The translations under genes were made by a program, and so were the position numbers. 64,000 bases of DNA from a bacterium (lineage in GTDB: Bacteria; Zhuqueibacterota; Zhuqueibacteria; Residuimicrobiales; Krinioviventaceae): NCBI GenBank assembly GCA_963693055.1, contig OY843751.1:5152001-5216000 (forward strand), read 5' to 3'. How positions within the stretch are numbered: the first letter of the stretch is position 1; the number at the start of each line of letters is the position of its first letter. Below the pieces are notes generated by a model. It made no database searches and was not told the DNA's origin. It saw nothing but the letters and a program-made list of their open reading frames with translations. This document shows, piece after piece, positions 50,315 to 59,867 of this stretch.

Positions 50315-52129
50315 TTAAATATCATCTGTTTGAAAAAAATGTGATTTAACAAGTGCTTCCATATTGGGTGAAAGTACAATTCGCCCCTCTTTATTCATTT
50401 TTGTGATCAAGTGTGTTTCATACAAACAAAATCCACCCAGATCAGGATAGTTGCTGATCAAATCCAACTCTTCCCGGGTACGATTATTGGGGCCATCAAA
50501 ACTAATCTCATGGAATTTACCTTGAAAATACAACGGTTTGTTTGATTTACGGGTTACGTCTAGCATTGTCTCTAAAACCTGTTTTACATGCCAGGGCTGC
50601 AAAGTAAACACGCCTCTGAATTCCAGATCATCGGCAATTTCACGTACCCAGGTTTCCCACTGCCATTCAAAATTGGTGGGTATATAACTCAACCGTCTGT
50701 GCCTGTCATCCGGGGCCAGCATTTGGGCAAAGATATGTACGGTAATGGACTTGCCCCTGCTCTTGATGAGCTCCCGAGCTTCCCGCAGAAATTGGGTATA
50801 GGCATTGCCATTAATACGTTTTATGGTGGGATAATCTGTTTTACCACCAGCGGCTTTGATTACCGGTTCATTAAAACCATACTCCCATGATTCCGGGGAC
50901 TGGGTATGATTGGCAACCCTGTAATTAATGCCGTCCACGTCCCGGTCCAGACAAAAACGCGTTAAATCCAGCCAGTGTTTTCTCACCTCGGGGTAAATGG
51001 GATTCAAATTACCAAACATGTATTCCGGCTTGCCACATACTGCCGCCACAAAACCATCTTTGTCCAGAGTTTTGGTATCTGTTACATTATAGCGATCATA
51101 ATTATAAAAATCCTTGTAATGCTCCTGCATCTTTTGGGCATCATTGATTTCCCGTTTTACTTGTGGCATTTCTGCGTATCGCACCATGTTGTGCCGGGTT
51201 AGCCATGATTTGTAAAAGATGTTATTGTGCGTTTCCAGCGAAACCGGTCCTGTGCTCATGGTGTTTGGAATGATTTCACCATCCGGACCCACCAGCTCAA
51301 GGATTCTTCCATATTCATTTTTAAAATCAGCATCATTATCAGCCAGAGAGCATTTTATGAGGATATGGCGATGATCCTTTGGGATCTGTAAATCCTCAAG
51401 ATTGAGGATGCGGCATTGCCTCCATTTGGGAAATCCGCTGCGCCATTCAACAGACTCCCGAAACGAGACAGGCCCCTTGTATTCCACATATCCATTGTTT
51501 TCAGGACTGGTATAGATTGCAAGATGTTCGGCTTTGATACGTGTAGCGCTATCATCGCGTTTCACAAGACGAATGCTGCTAACCGGTCCCTTGTACTCAA
51601 AAGTACCGGGACGGCGTTTTAAGCACATTTCCACATGTTTTGCGGCAAAGGGACTGGCAAGGGGTTTGATTCCACAGATATCTTTATAGGCAACCGCACC
51701 CTCGGGGAATGGCAACGTGTGCGGCAGAACCGGACGGAATCCGCATTCTTCAAATGGCTTGATCAACGCGTAAAATTCCAGTCCATGTTGATGCGCGGAT
51801 TCAACAGCCTCGGCCAAGATATCAATACCCAAAGGATGGTTCTCATGAATAGACCAGACCGTATAAACAATCCACTGGTGACGCGTTACACCCAATTTCA
51901 CAAGGCTTTTATGCAGATCGTCCAGTTGGGCCCTGTCCATAAAACAATCATTATAGATAATATTACCCACATATTCACTTGTTGCCAACAGCTTTTTAGA
52001 GTTTGAATTTAATGGTTTTGAAAGTGTGGTTTTGACAAAGGGATTGATTGCACTGATTGCCAATGCCCCCATTCCGCTCAATGCCAGATTATGAAATGTA
52101 CGTCTGTTTATTTTTGTGGATGTACTCAT
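50315..52129 (-). CDS. Tat-exported unassigned TIM-barrel-like protein, paralogue 6
   Basis: NRRTF; DVDGINYRVANH, GFCLYETH. Confidence 0.78.
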   Translation of the reverse strand: MSTSTKINRRTFHNLALSGMGALAISAINPFVKTTLSKPLNSNSKKLLATSEYVGNIIYNDCFMDRAQLDDLHKSLVKLGVTRHQWIVYTVWSIHENHPLGIDILAEAVESAHQHGLEFYALIKPFEECGFRPVLPHTLPFPEGAVAYKDICGIKPLASPFAAKHVEMCLKRRPGTFEYKGPVSSIRLVKRDDSATRIKAEHLAIYTSPENNGYVEYKGPVSFRESVEWRSGFPKWRQCRILNLEDLQIPKDHRHILIKCSLADNDADFKNEYGRILELVGPDGEIIPNTMSTGPVSLETHNNIFYKSWLTRHNMVRYAEMPQVKREINDAQKMQEHYKDFYNYDRYNVTDTKTLDKDGFVAAVCGKPEYMFGNLNPIYPEVRKHWLDLTRFCLDRDVDGINYRVANHTQSPESWEYGFNEPVIKAAGGKTDYPTIKRINGNAYTQFLREARELIKSRGKSITVHIFAQMLAPDDRHRRLSYIPTNFEWQWETWVREIADDLEFRGVFTLQPWHVKQVLETMLDVTRKSNKPLYFQGKFHEISFDGPNNRTREELDLISNYPDLGGFCLYETHLITKMNKEGRIVLSPNMEALVKSHFFQTDDI

Positions 52130-52273
52130 GAATCACTCCAGGTAAATGATTTTAAATTTCAACGAACTAATCCAACATAGCAATGATTTACAAATCATTC
52201 ACCATATAGACTATATAGATCTCGGTGCCGGTCATCAGTTTACTAAATCCGTCATTATCCTGTATATGGGTTA

Positions 52274-53029
52274 TCAATTTTGCCCATTTTCTTCATTTTC
52301 ATCTTTTATGATTTGAAAAACTATTTTCACAGTCTTTACAATTTTAATTGTTTCCACAAAGAAAGAAGCTCCATTGGTGGAAGATAATCCTCCTCCCATA
52401 ACTGCACTATTGGCAAAACTTGAATATTGGGAAAGTGTCACTGGGATATTATCATCAATTTCTTCCACATTAATGGCTTTAATATGTTTAATATTAAGAT
52501 TTTTCGATATCAATTCTGCTTTTTCTTTTGCGTTTCGAACTGCAGTCTCTAAAGTATTTAACTTTATTTGTTTTATGTTCTTGAGATCAAATTTCATATC
52601 AGACATTTCATGCGGCTCAAAATTAGCAACTGTAATTATTGCTTTTTCCAATAATGCAAAATCCTGTATGTTGACTTTAACATCTATGCAAGCTACATAA
52701 TCACGATTAGACGACAAGAATGCTTTATTATCATAATTTTCCGAACTGTAAAAACGAGAGGTTTCAAGGTCTTTATCTTTTAATCCTATTTTAAAAAGCG
52801 ACTCTGATATTAATGCAACTTTATCTTTGGCATTTTTTACAGCATTATTCAAGTTTTTGCCATATCCATTAATCTGGAAAGTAAAATATGCAAAATCCGC
52901 CGGTGTTTCTGTAATACAAGTACCTGTTACTGCTATGATATTTTTAGGAATGTGGTCTTTGCTTTCTTTTGAAAGGGATATGGATGAAAATGACATTAAA
53001 ATAATGATAATGAAGAATAGTTTTTTCAT
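52274..53029 (-). CDS. SIMPL (DUF541) domain exported protein
   Basis: Start MKKLFF with signal peptide; IAVTG....PAD, AVRNAKEKAELI. Confidence 0.75.
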   Translation of the reverse strand: MKKLFFIIIILMSFSSISLSKESKDHIPKNIIAVTGTCITETPADFAYFTFQINGYGKNLNNAVKNAKDKVALISESLFKIGLKDKDLETSRFYSSENYDNKAFLSSNRDYVACIDVKVNIQDFALLEKAIITVANFEPHEMSDMKFDLKNIKQIKLNTLETAVRNAKEKAELISKNLNIKHIKAINVEEIDDNIPVTLSQYSSFANSAVMGGGLSSTNGASFFVETIKIVKTVKIVFQIIKDENEENGQN

Positions 53030-53290
53030 AAATATTTTCCTCAAAAAACTGTAATTCACTCGATTGATGGTTATTTTATATTTCTAAAAACGTTTTGCAT
53101 GCAAAACTGGTAATAAATTCTTTAAGAAAACTTTTTACCCATTCAACAGATTAACTATGAATAGGTTTTTCATCCTATCACTCTTTTTTTTTTACACAAA
53201 GTTCGCCGAGTTCGCAAAGAATTTTATACTTTCTCTGCGTCCCTACAGCCTCTGCGTTAAAAAAAACATATTTATTAAACCCCTTTTATC

Positions 53291-54844
53291 CTAAAGCTTA
53301 AATATCTTGACTGTTTTTTCTGATCCTTTCTTCACATCCGTATACACATCCACAACCGTCTTGTCCTTTGTCTGGATGATCTGGTTTACCTTGCCGCCGT
53401 CTACCCGGTATTCGCCCTTTTTCATCACAAATCTTACTTTACATCCCGGCAGGTCTACCGGAAAGCGGTTGGTTATCACGGCCTCATTTTTTGCAACATT
53501 GCCATCATTCGAGTTTTTAAATTCAAGCGTCAGGTTAAGCTTTAATTTTCTGTAATTATCCACAGGATTTTCACAAAACCGCAGAGGTTCGGTAAATGTA
53601 AACTTGCTGCCGTCAATATAAAAAATGCGAAAAAATCCCAAATTCTCTTGCCAGTTTTTAATCTCACCGCTTCGGCAGACCGTCCCGGACCGGATACTCA
53701 GGGTCGGCGTTGCACCCACATACTCATGAAAGGGCGTATGATTGTGTCCGTTTAAAAGTATACCAATCCTGTGCTTGTCCATAAAAGTTGTATCAATACG
53801 ATCAGGACGGTGCTGTGCCATGATGCGCAAAGCACCATCGCCGTTTTCCGCAAGGAACGATTCCAAAACCTGTCCCTGCAATCCGGACATGGGTGACGCA
53901 TCCGGAATATCATTCACAGGATCACCCAGAAAATCATCCGCTGCTAAAACACGGGTATTACCGTATGAGAATCCATACACGCGCAGACCGCACAAGTCGT
54001 TCCACTGACTTGACATGGCCATGTAGTCTTTTCTGGAAACACCATAAGAGTCGTGGTTGCCGGGTAAACTGAAAATCGGAGCATTAAATCCGTGAACGCC
54101 TGAAAACCCTTTTGCCCCGGTATAATAATTTCTGTACTTTTCTTCAACCAACGGACGTAAATCCGCATCGTACAGTTTATCTCCGCCCCATCCGGTAGAA
54201 TCCGCATTCACCCGGGTATAGTGCATTATAACATCACCGGTATTGATAATAAAATCCGGTGCAATAATATTGGCCAAATCCACAAACTGATCCAGCAGTT
54301 CCAGTTCTTTAGCATAACCATCATCACCATCACCCACCCAGGCACGGGTAACATGCGTATCGGATATGTGTATAAAACAATGTGACGGTTTAAACTCGCG
54401 CACAACCTTGACGGATTTACGGGAAACGTGAGTCTCGCCATTGCTGTATATTAACAAATCGTACAACTCTTCTGGTGCGGATTTGGGTACACTGAGCCAT
54501 ATTTTGTTGTTTACATCCTTTTGAGTGAATGTATCGTAAACAAACCGATCAACACTGACCGAATCAATCATCAGGAGAACGCGATTGTACGGACCTGTTA
54601 AAACGACAGAGTCAATATCCGCAAAAGTGATATTGTTATACAATGCTGAAAATTCACCTCCGCACTCGGCAAATGCGGGTGCAGCCCGCCATGGATATAC
54701 GATATCTCCCGCAAACGAAACACTGTTAAAAGCTAACAACAAAATAAACAAAAAACCAATAATTCTATGCTTTATGATCACTTTCAAAACGACCCCTTTC
54801 ATTACTATATAGTTAACAGGAGTGGTTTTTCCGGAATAGGACAC
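53291..54844 (-). CDS. Exported calcineurin-like metallophosphoesterase
   Basis: SDTH, TGD, PGNHD and GHNH motifs; true start probably downstream of 54844. Confidence 0.85.
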   Translation of the reverse strand: MSYSGKTTPVNYIVMKGVVLKVIIKHRIIGFLFILLLAFNSVSFAGDIVYPWRAAPAFAECGGEFSALYNNITFADIDSVVLTGPYNRVLLMIDSVSVDRFVYDTFTQKDVNNKIWLSVPKSAPEELYDLLIYSNGETHVSRKSVKVVREFKPSHCFIHISDTHVTRAWVGDGDDGYAKELELLDQFVDLANIIAPDFIINTGDVIMHYTRVNADSTGWGGDKLYDADLRPLVEEKYRNYYTGAKGFSGVHGFNAPIFSLPGNHDSYGVSRKDYMAMSSQWNDLCGLRVYGFSYGNTRVLAADDFLGDPVNDIPDASPMSGLQGQVLESFLAENGDGALRIMAQHRPDRIDTTFMDKHRIGILLNGHNHTPFHEYVGATPTLSIRSGTVCRSGEIKNWQENLGFFRIFYIDGSKFTFTEPLRFCENPVDNYRKLKLNLTLEFKNSNDGNVAKNEAVITNRFPVDLPGCKVRFVMKKGEYRVDGGKVNQIIQTKDKTVVDVYTDVKKGSEKTVKIFKL

Positions 54845-55100
54845 GATTTAAACCTGCTCCCCATCATTACCTATATTATAATAGCAAAAATTTTAACAAA
54901 AGCAATGATTTATATATAAGGGCAGGGTACAAGACTCTATCGTTAATCTTTTTGGGGGATCGTTTTCTTTGTAATGGGGGCAAATTCTCTTATGGAAAGC
55001 GTTGAAAGTTTAAACGGAGGACGCTGAAACATGACAACCTCCCGGATGCGTATCAAAAACTCGAGAATTAAGCCAGTGCAAATTGATAAATAAAACTAAC

Positions 55101-55131
55101 GTTCGTGACAGAGTTGATCTCTGTCACGAAC
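55101..55131. repeat. Dispersed palindrome (copy of 40125-40155)
   Basis: GTTCGTGACAGAGTTGATCTCTGTCACGAAC; both copies are preceded by AAAACTAAC. Confidence 0.7.
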
Positions 55132-55262
55132 CCCATTTTCTCGGTATCTCAGCAATTTCTGCATTAATAAAAAAAATCCGTCTGTGACGGACATACAAAT
55201 CACATTTCATTCTACTTTCGTGCTTATTCGTGTGATTCGTGGGCAGTCTTTTAGTTAAAAAA

Positions 55263-56705
55263 TCAGACTTTTTTGGTTTTCCAGCGATTTCTGCGGAACC
55301 ACAACGCCATGATAATCCCCTTGAGGCCGGTTGTAGAGCCAATAGCCCACCAAACTCCCTCGCTGCCCATTCCCAGTGTATGTGCTAATAGATATGCCAG
55401 GGGTATTCTTGCCCAGGTAATAGGCACAGAAACCAGCATAGGCGGCAGCGAATTGCCGGCACCGCTGAACGCACCCTCAAAAACGATCTCGAGCCCCAAA
55501 AAAATCTCGAAAAAAGCAATAATCTTTAAATAGCTGGTCCCTTCCGCAACTACCACGGGATCACTGATAAAAAACAAAATGATCCACTTGCCGCCAAAAT
55601 AAAATGCAACGGAGACAAACACCAGCATGATTGACACATATAATATGGACAACCAGGCGGATTTCTCGGCCCGGGCAGGTTTACCGGCACCGAGGTTTTG
55701 TCCCACCAGTGTAGAAGCAGCTACGGATACACCCACCGCGGCAAAATATGCCAGCCCCTCAATCCGGTGTCCCAGGCCCAGTGCGGCCAACGGACCGGGA
55801 CCAAAACCGGTAATAACACGCGTCAGCAGCATATAACTGATGCTAAACATCACCCCGCTAAACCCAATTGGCGCACCAATCCGGGTGATCCGCCAGATTA
55901 AATTGGGATTAATAAAGGACTTTAGCGACCAGTCAATATGGATATGCACGTCCCGTTTTTGCAATAGCGTAATTCCCCATACCAATGCCACGATATGGCT
56001 GATAACGGTAGCCAGCGCCGCACCACCTGCTTCCATACGGGGAAACGGTCCCACACCTAAAATCAACAAGGGATCGAGCACGACATTTAACGTCAACGCA
56101 GCGGTTATCAATTTGAGCGGAGTTTTGGTATCGCCCATGCCCCGAAAAGCCGCGTCCATGGCAAAAACCATAAATATGGTAATCATGCCTGAAAAGATAT
56201 AGAACAGATATTCACGTGCATGCCTGAGCACCTCACCCTCAAGGCCCATGTATGTGTAAATCCAGTCTTCTGTCAAAAATCCAATGACTCCAAAACCGAT
56301 TGCCAGAGCAGCCGCCATAATGAGACATTGCCCCACAATTCTGCTAGCCAGTGCAGTATCGCGTGCGCCCACAAATCGTGCTACCATGGCATTTCCACCG
56401 GTTTCTACCAGCGTTGCTACGGATTGCAGCGTCCACAAAATAAAAGAAGCCGCACTCACTCCGGCAAGCGCATCTGCACCCAACTTGCCCACAAACCAGA
56501 CATCCACCAGGTTGAACACCATTAAAAACACCATAGACGTAAACGCCGGCCACGCAAGTTTGACAATAGCGTTACTGATGGGTATTCGGGTCAATTCCGG
56601 ACCTTCGTCCACTTGAGGTAAAACCGTAGCGCATTCGGGAGCAAAATTCCAGTCCAAAGGAGGTTCACTTTGTGGATTATTTTTTGTATATTCACTCATA
56701 GACAT
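55263..56705 (-). CDS. MATE-family efflux transporter
   Basis: LVDVWFVGKLG, FRGMGDTKTP, LDPLLI, GQNLGAG. Confidence 0.92.
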   Translation of the reverse strand: MSMSEYTKNNPQSEPPLDWNFAPECATVLPQVDEGPELTRIPISNAIVKLAWPAFTSMVFLMVFNLVDVWFVGKLGADALAGVSAASFILWTLQSVATLVETGGNAMVARFVGARDTALASRIVGQCLIMAAALAIGFGVIGFLTEDWIYTYMGLEGEVLRHAREYLFYIFSGMITIFMVFAMDAAFRGMGDTKTPLKLITAALTLNVVLDPLLILGVGPFPRMEAGGAALATVISHIVALVWGITLLQKRDVHIHIDWSLKSFINPNLIWRITRIGAPIGFSGVMFSISYMLLTRVITGFGPGPLAALGLGHRIEGLAYFAAVGVSVAASTLVGQNLGAGKPARAEKSAWLSILYVSIMLVFVSVAFYFGGKWIILFFISDPVVVAEGTSYLKIIAFFEIFLGLEIVFEGAFSGAGNSLPPMLVSVPITWARIPLAYLLAHTLGMGSEGVWWAIGSTTGLKGIIMALWFRRNRWKTKKV

Positions 56706-56743
56706 TTAAATTATGGATTTATAATTAAAAAGCAACGATTATC

Positions 56744-57424
56744 ATGCATGTTATTGACCTGACACAGCCTTTGAATAAAGACATACCCATTTGGCCCGGT
56801 GATCCCAAATTCAGCATGACCATTGTATCCAATCCCGAAAAGGATGGTTATACACTGAACGAGTTGAAAATCGGAGAGCATACAGGTACGCACATTGGTG
56901 CGCCTTCTCATTTTATTCCGTCAGGGCCATCCATCGATCAGGTTCTACCGGATAATCTCATTGTACCGGCCGTAAAGATACCGGTTATACCTCAATGTAA
57001 ACGAAATCCTGACTATCTTGTTTCAAAAGAGGATATTGTAAACTGGGAAAATTCAAATCAAAAAATTTCTGCCAAAACCGTTGTATTATTTGAAACCAGC
57101 TGGAGTCAGTATTGGCAGGAACCGGCAAAGTATCTGGGCAATAACGCGTCGGGTATGCACTTTCCGGGGATTACAGAATCTGCGATGCAGCACCTGATCA
57201 CCCGCAACATAACCGGAGTGGGAATTGATACTGCCGGCATAGACGGCGGTCAATCACAAACATTTGCGGTAAATCTTTTGGCTGCAAAATATAAAATCTA
57301 TCATCTTGAAAACCTTACCCATCTTGAAAAGCTGACAAAAGCCGGCATAACACTGTTCATTGGCGCATTACCCCTGCACAATGGAAGCGGATCGCCCTGC
57401 AGGGTTTTGGCTACAATTTCTTGA
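56744..57424 (+). CDS. Cyclase/kynurenine-formamidase-family protein
   Basis: EHTGTHIGAPSHF, GIDT, LENL, GSGSPCR. Confidence 0.88.
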   Translation: MHVIDLTQPLNKDIPIWPGDPKFSMTIVSNPEKDGYTLNELKIGEHTGTHIGAPSHFIPSGPSIDQVLPDNLIVPAVKIPVIPQCKRNPDYLVSKEDIVNWENSNQKISAKTVVLFETSWSQYWQEPAKYLGNNASGMHFPGITESAMQHLITRNITGVGIDTAGIDGGQSQTFAVNLLAAKYKIYHLENLTHLEKLTKAGITLFIGALPLHNGSGSPCRVLATIS

Positions 57425-58787
57425 CCTTCCATTTACCCCTGGCAAAGATCGACCAGATAATCATTGCATTTACAAAATTAGAAATCACAACCGCAATCCA
57501 TACACCGTTAACGCCCACATCCCAAATTCTGGGGACAATAAATGACAAGGGAACAGCAATACCTAACAAAGAAAAAGCGGTTATAATCATGGGCCACAGG
57601 GTTTCACCCGCACCGCTTAATCCACGATTAAAGATTACTGCCATGGCAATAAACGGATAAGAGAGTACCATAATACGCAAATAATTCACCCCATTATGGA
57701 TCACCTCTGCATTACCGGTAAACAATTTAAATATACCTGCCGCATGCGTAAAATAGATGATACCGGCGGTTGCCATGATTGAGACAAAGAAAACAAGCGC
57801 CAGCCAGGTACTTTTCACAGCACGGTCCGGTTCTCCTGCTCCCAGATTCTGTCCCACCAGGGTTGCCGTTGCCGCGGCAAGGCCAAATCCCGGCATCATG
57901 ACCAGCATATCAACCCGGATACCAATACCAAAAGCGGCGAGCGCTACAGTCCCATACCCGGCAACAATAGCCATCATAATAATACCGGTTGCACTGCGTA
58001 ACCCCATTTGCAGCGATCCGGGAAACCCGATCCTGGCGATACGTCTCACCAGGTTCCAGTCAATTTTATAAGATTCCCATTTGATATGGAGATGGGTCTT
58101 TTTAACAATCAGGAACAGAATAGCTATGACCATACCAACTGTACGGGCAAGGGTTGTTGCCCAGGCAGCGCCTGCCACCTCTAACCGGGGAAAAGGTCCC
58201 AATCCAAAAATCAATAACGGATCCATGATTGCATTCAACAGAACCGCTACCAGCATGATCCACATGGCGGTTTTGGCGTCACCCACTGCCTGAAAAATGG
58301 ATGCGGACAAAAAGGACAACGCCATGGGAATGGATCCCGCAAACAGGATACGCATATAGACTGTAGCCATATTATGTACGTCTTGTTCCACTCCAAATAT
58401 ATTGATGAGATACGGTGCAACAAAATAACCGATAATTGAGAGGAACAGACCCAAATAAGCACCAAAAATCATGGACTGTAACGCTACATGGTTCACATTA
58501 TCAAAATCTTTTGCACCAAAACTACGGGAAACCATTGCGCCGGTTGCTATACTGATCCCCAATATCAACGCAAAAAGGATCATTAAAATATTACCTACAA
58601 TCGAAATAGCGGCAACCGGGGCAGCACCCAGTCGTCCCACAAACATCATGTCCACAATATTAAAAACCGTCTGCAAAGCATTGGTTGCCATCATGGGGAT
58701 GGCCAATATCCAAAGATTTTTTACAATACTGCCCTGCGTCAGATCTCTACGATTTTTATTCAATGATATATCCTGTAATTTTGACAA
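57411..58787 (-). CDS. MATE-family efflux transporter
   Basis: DLTQGSI, IVDMMFVGRLG, MDPLLIFG, GQNLGAG. Confidence 0.92.
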   Translation of the reverse strand: MSKLQDISLNKNRRDLTQGSIVKNLWILAIPMMATNALQTVFNIVDMMFVGRLGAAPVAAISIVGNILMILFALILGISIATGAMVSRSFGAKDFDNVNHVALQSMIFGAYLGLFLSIIGYFVAPYLINIFGVEQDVHNMATVYMRILFAGSIPMALSFLSASIFQAVGDAKTAMWIMLVAVLLNAIMDPLLIFGLGPFPRLEVAGAAWATTLARTVGMVIAILFLIVKKTHLHIKWESYKIDWNLVRRIARIGFPGSLQMGLRSATGIIMMAIVAGYGTVALAAFGIGIRVDMLVMMPGFGLAAATATLVGQNLGAGEPDRAVKSTWLALVFFVSIMATAGIIYFTHAAGIFKLFTGNAEVIHNGVNYLRIMVLSYPFIAMAVIFNRGLSGAGETLWPMIITAFSLLGIAVPLSFIVPRIWDVGVNGVWIAVVISNFVNAMIIWSIFARGKWKVKKL

Positions 58788-58864
58788 TCTAAAAGGTACA
58801 AAGAATTAATTGTGAATACAAGGAGTTAAGTAAGTTATAAATCAGGAAAAGCGAAAAGCAGGCA

Positions 58865-58895
58865 TAAAAAAGCCCCGGGCTGAACACCCGGGGCT
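58865..58895 (-). terminator. Intrinsic terminator, probably originally of the 60790+ gene
   Basis: Minus strand AGCCCCGGG-TGTTCAG-CCCGGGGCT followed by a T-run. Confidence 0.8.
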
Positions 58896-59051
58896 CGAAT
58901 AGTTTATTTACGTTTAGGAAATATTTCCGGTAGGTTGTTTTTAAGATTAGAACATTTATTCATTTTTTCAGCTAACGAAAGGAGCTCGTAGGGCGACTGG
59001 AGTTAGCTGAAAAACAATGACAACCTAACCTATTAATTCCTTTTCAAATTT

Positions 59052-59867
59052 TCAAGTTTTCTTTTGTATTAAATCTGAATGATAATGATAAACCAGATCA
59101 CGGTATTGTAATATTGTACTCCGTCCTAATCCGGTTATTCTTACCATTTCCATTAAATTAAAACCTTTTTCCAATAATGATTTTACGTTCTTGTAACTCT
59201 TTAAATACCGACTCGTTGATTCAATTGTGTGATTTGTAATCCGGGCGATATCCGGTTCGGGATATCCCTGCTCGTACAAATCTATAATTGCGGCTTTATG
59301 CGTCGGCTTACTGCCCTGATCCAGCATCATTCCTTTAGTCGGCAATATATCATCATGCGTTTCATGATAAATTGTCATATACCGACCAATAGTGTTTAAT
59401 GAGCGATTCAACAATACACTGAGTTCTGCACCTGTCAACCAGCCGCCCTGTTCTGCCGCACTCTTGCATAACCGCGCCATTACTTTAATATCCCGTTCTG
59501 TTTGTTTTTCATAATTAGCACTGCCATCTTTTGGGGGATAAGAATAATGGCTTTTGATACGATTGTCAATATCCGCATCTGTTACCAACGGTAGCACAAC
59601 TGTCTGAACCTCATAATCTTCCGCTTTTGTGCCATAGCTTGGCTTTCGGTTTGTCGCTTTGGTTGTCCGCCAGATAATCTGACCAAAACTTTTCTTTTCC
59701 AGCTCTGGATAAAATTCATTTTGCAATGCGACAATATCTTCCGCAATCATCCGGATGACTTTGTGGCTTCCCAGCATTTTATAATTTTCTTCCAGTAATC
59801 GAATAATCGCATTTTGAAAGCTACGCTTAGCTATTGATTCATAACGATTTAAAGGCTTAGTCTTCAT
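59052..59867 (-). CDS. DUF1670-like protein B
   Basis: RLCKSAAEQGGWLTGAELS, LPTKG..LDQG..PTHK..II.LYEQG, NHTIESTSRY. Confidence 0.8.
   Translation of the reverse strand: MKTKPLNRYESIAKRSFQNAIIRLLEENYKMLGSHKVIRMIAEDIVALQNEFYPELEKKSFGQIIWRTTKATNRKPSYGTKAEDYEVQTVVLPLVTDADIDNRIKSHYSYPPKDGSANYEKQTERDIKVMARLCKSAAEQGGWLTGAELSVLLNRSLNTIGRYMTIYHETHDDILPTKGMMLDQGSKPTHKAAIIDLYEQGYPEPDIARITNHTIESTSRYLKSYKNVKSLLEKGFNLMEMVRITGLGRSTILQYRDLVYHYHSDLIQKKT

Noticed and set aside
42993-52129. Paralogue array as an assembly artefact
   Set aside because: The copies are clearly diverged in protein and DNA sequence, each with its own Tat leader and an intact frame.
55263-58787. MATE-cyclase-MATE as a novel pathway
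   Set aside because: These are common families in opposing orientations with no sign of functional coupling.
5180-58809. Many short antisense or overlapping ORFs in the six-frame track
   Set aside because: They overlap well-supported genes, lack motifs, and recur only because the sense genes are paralogous.
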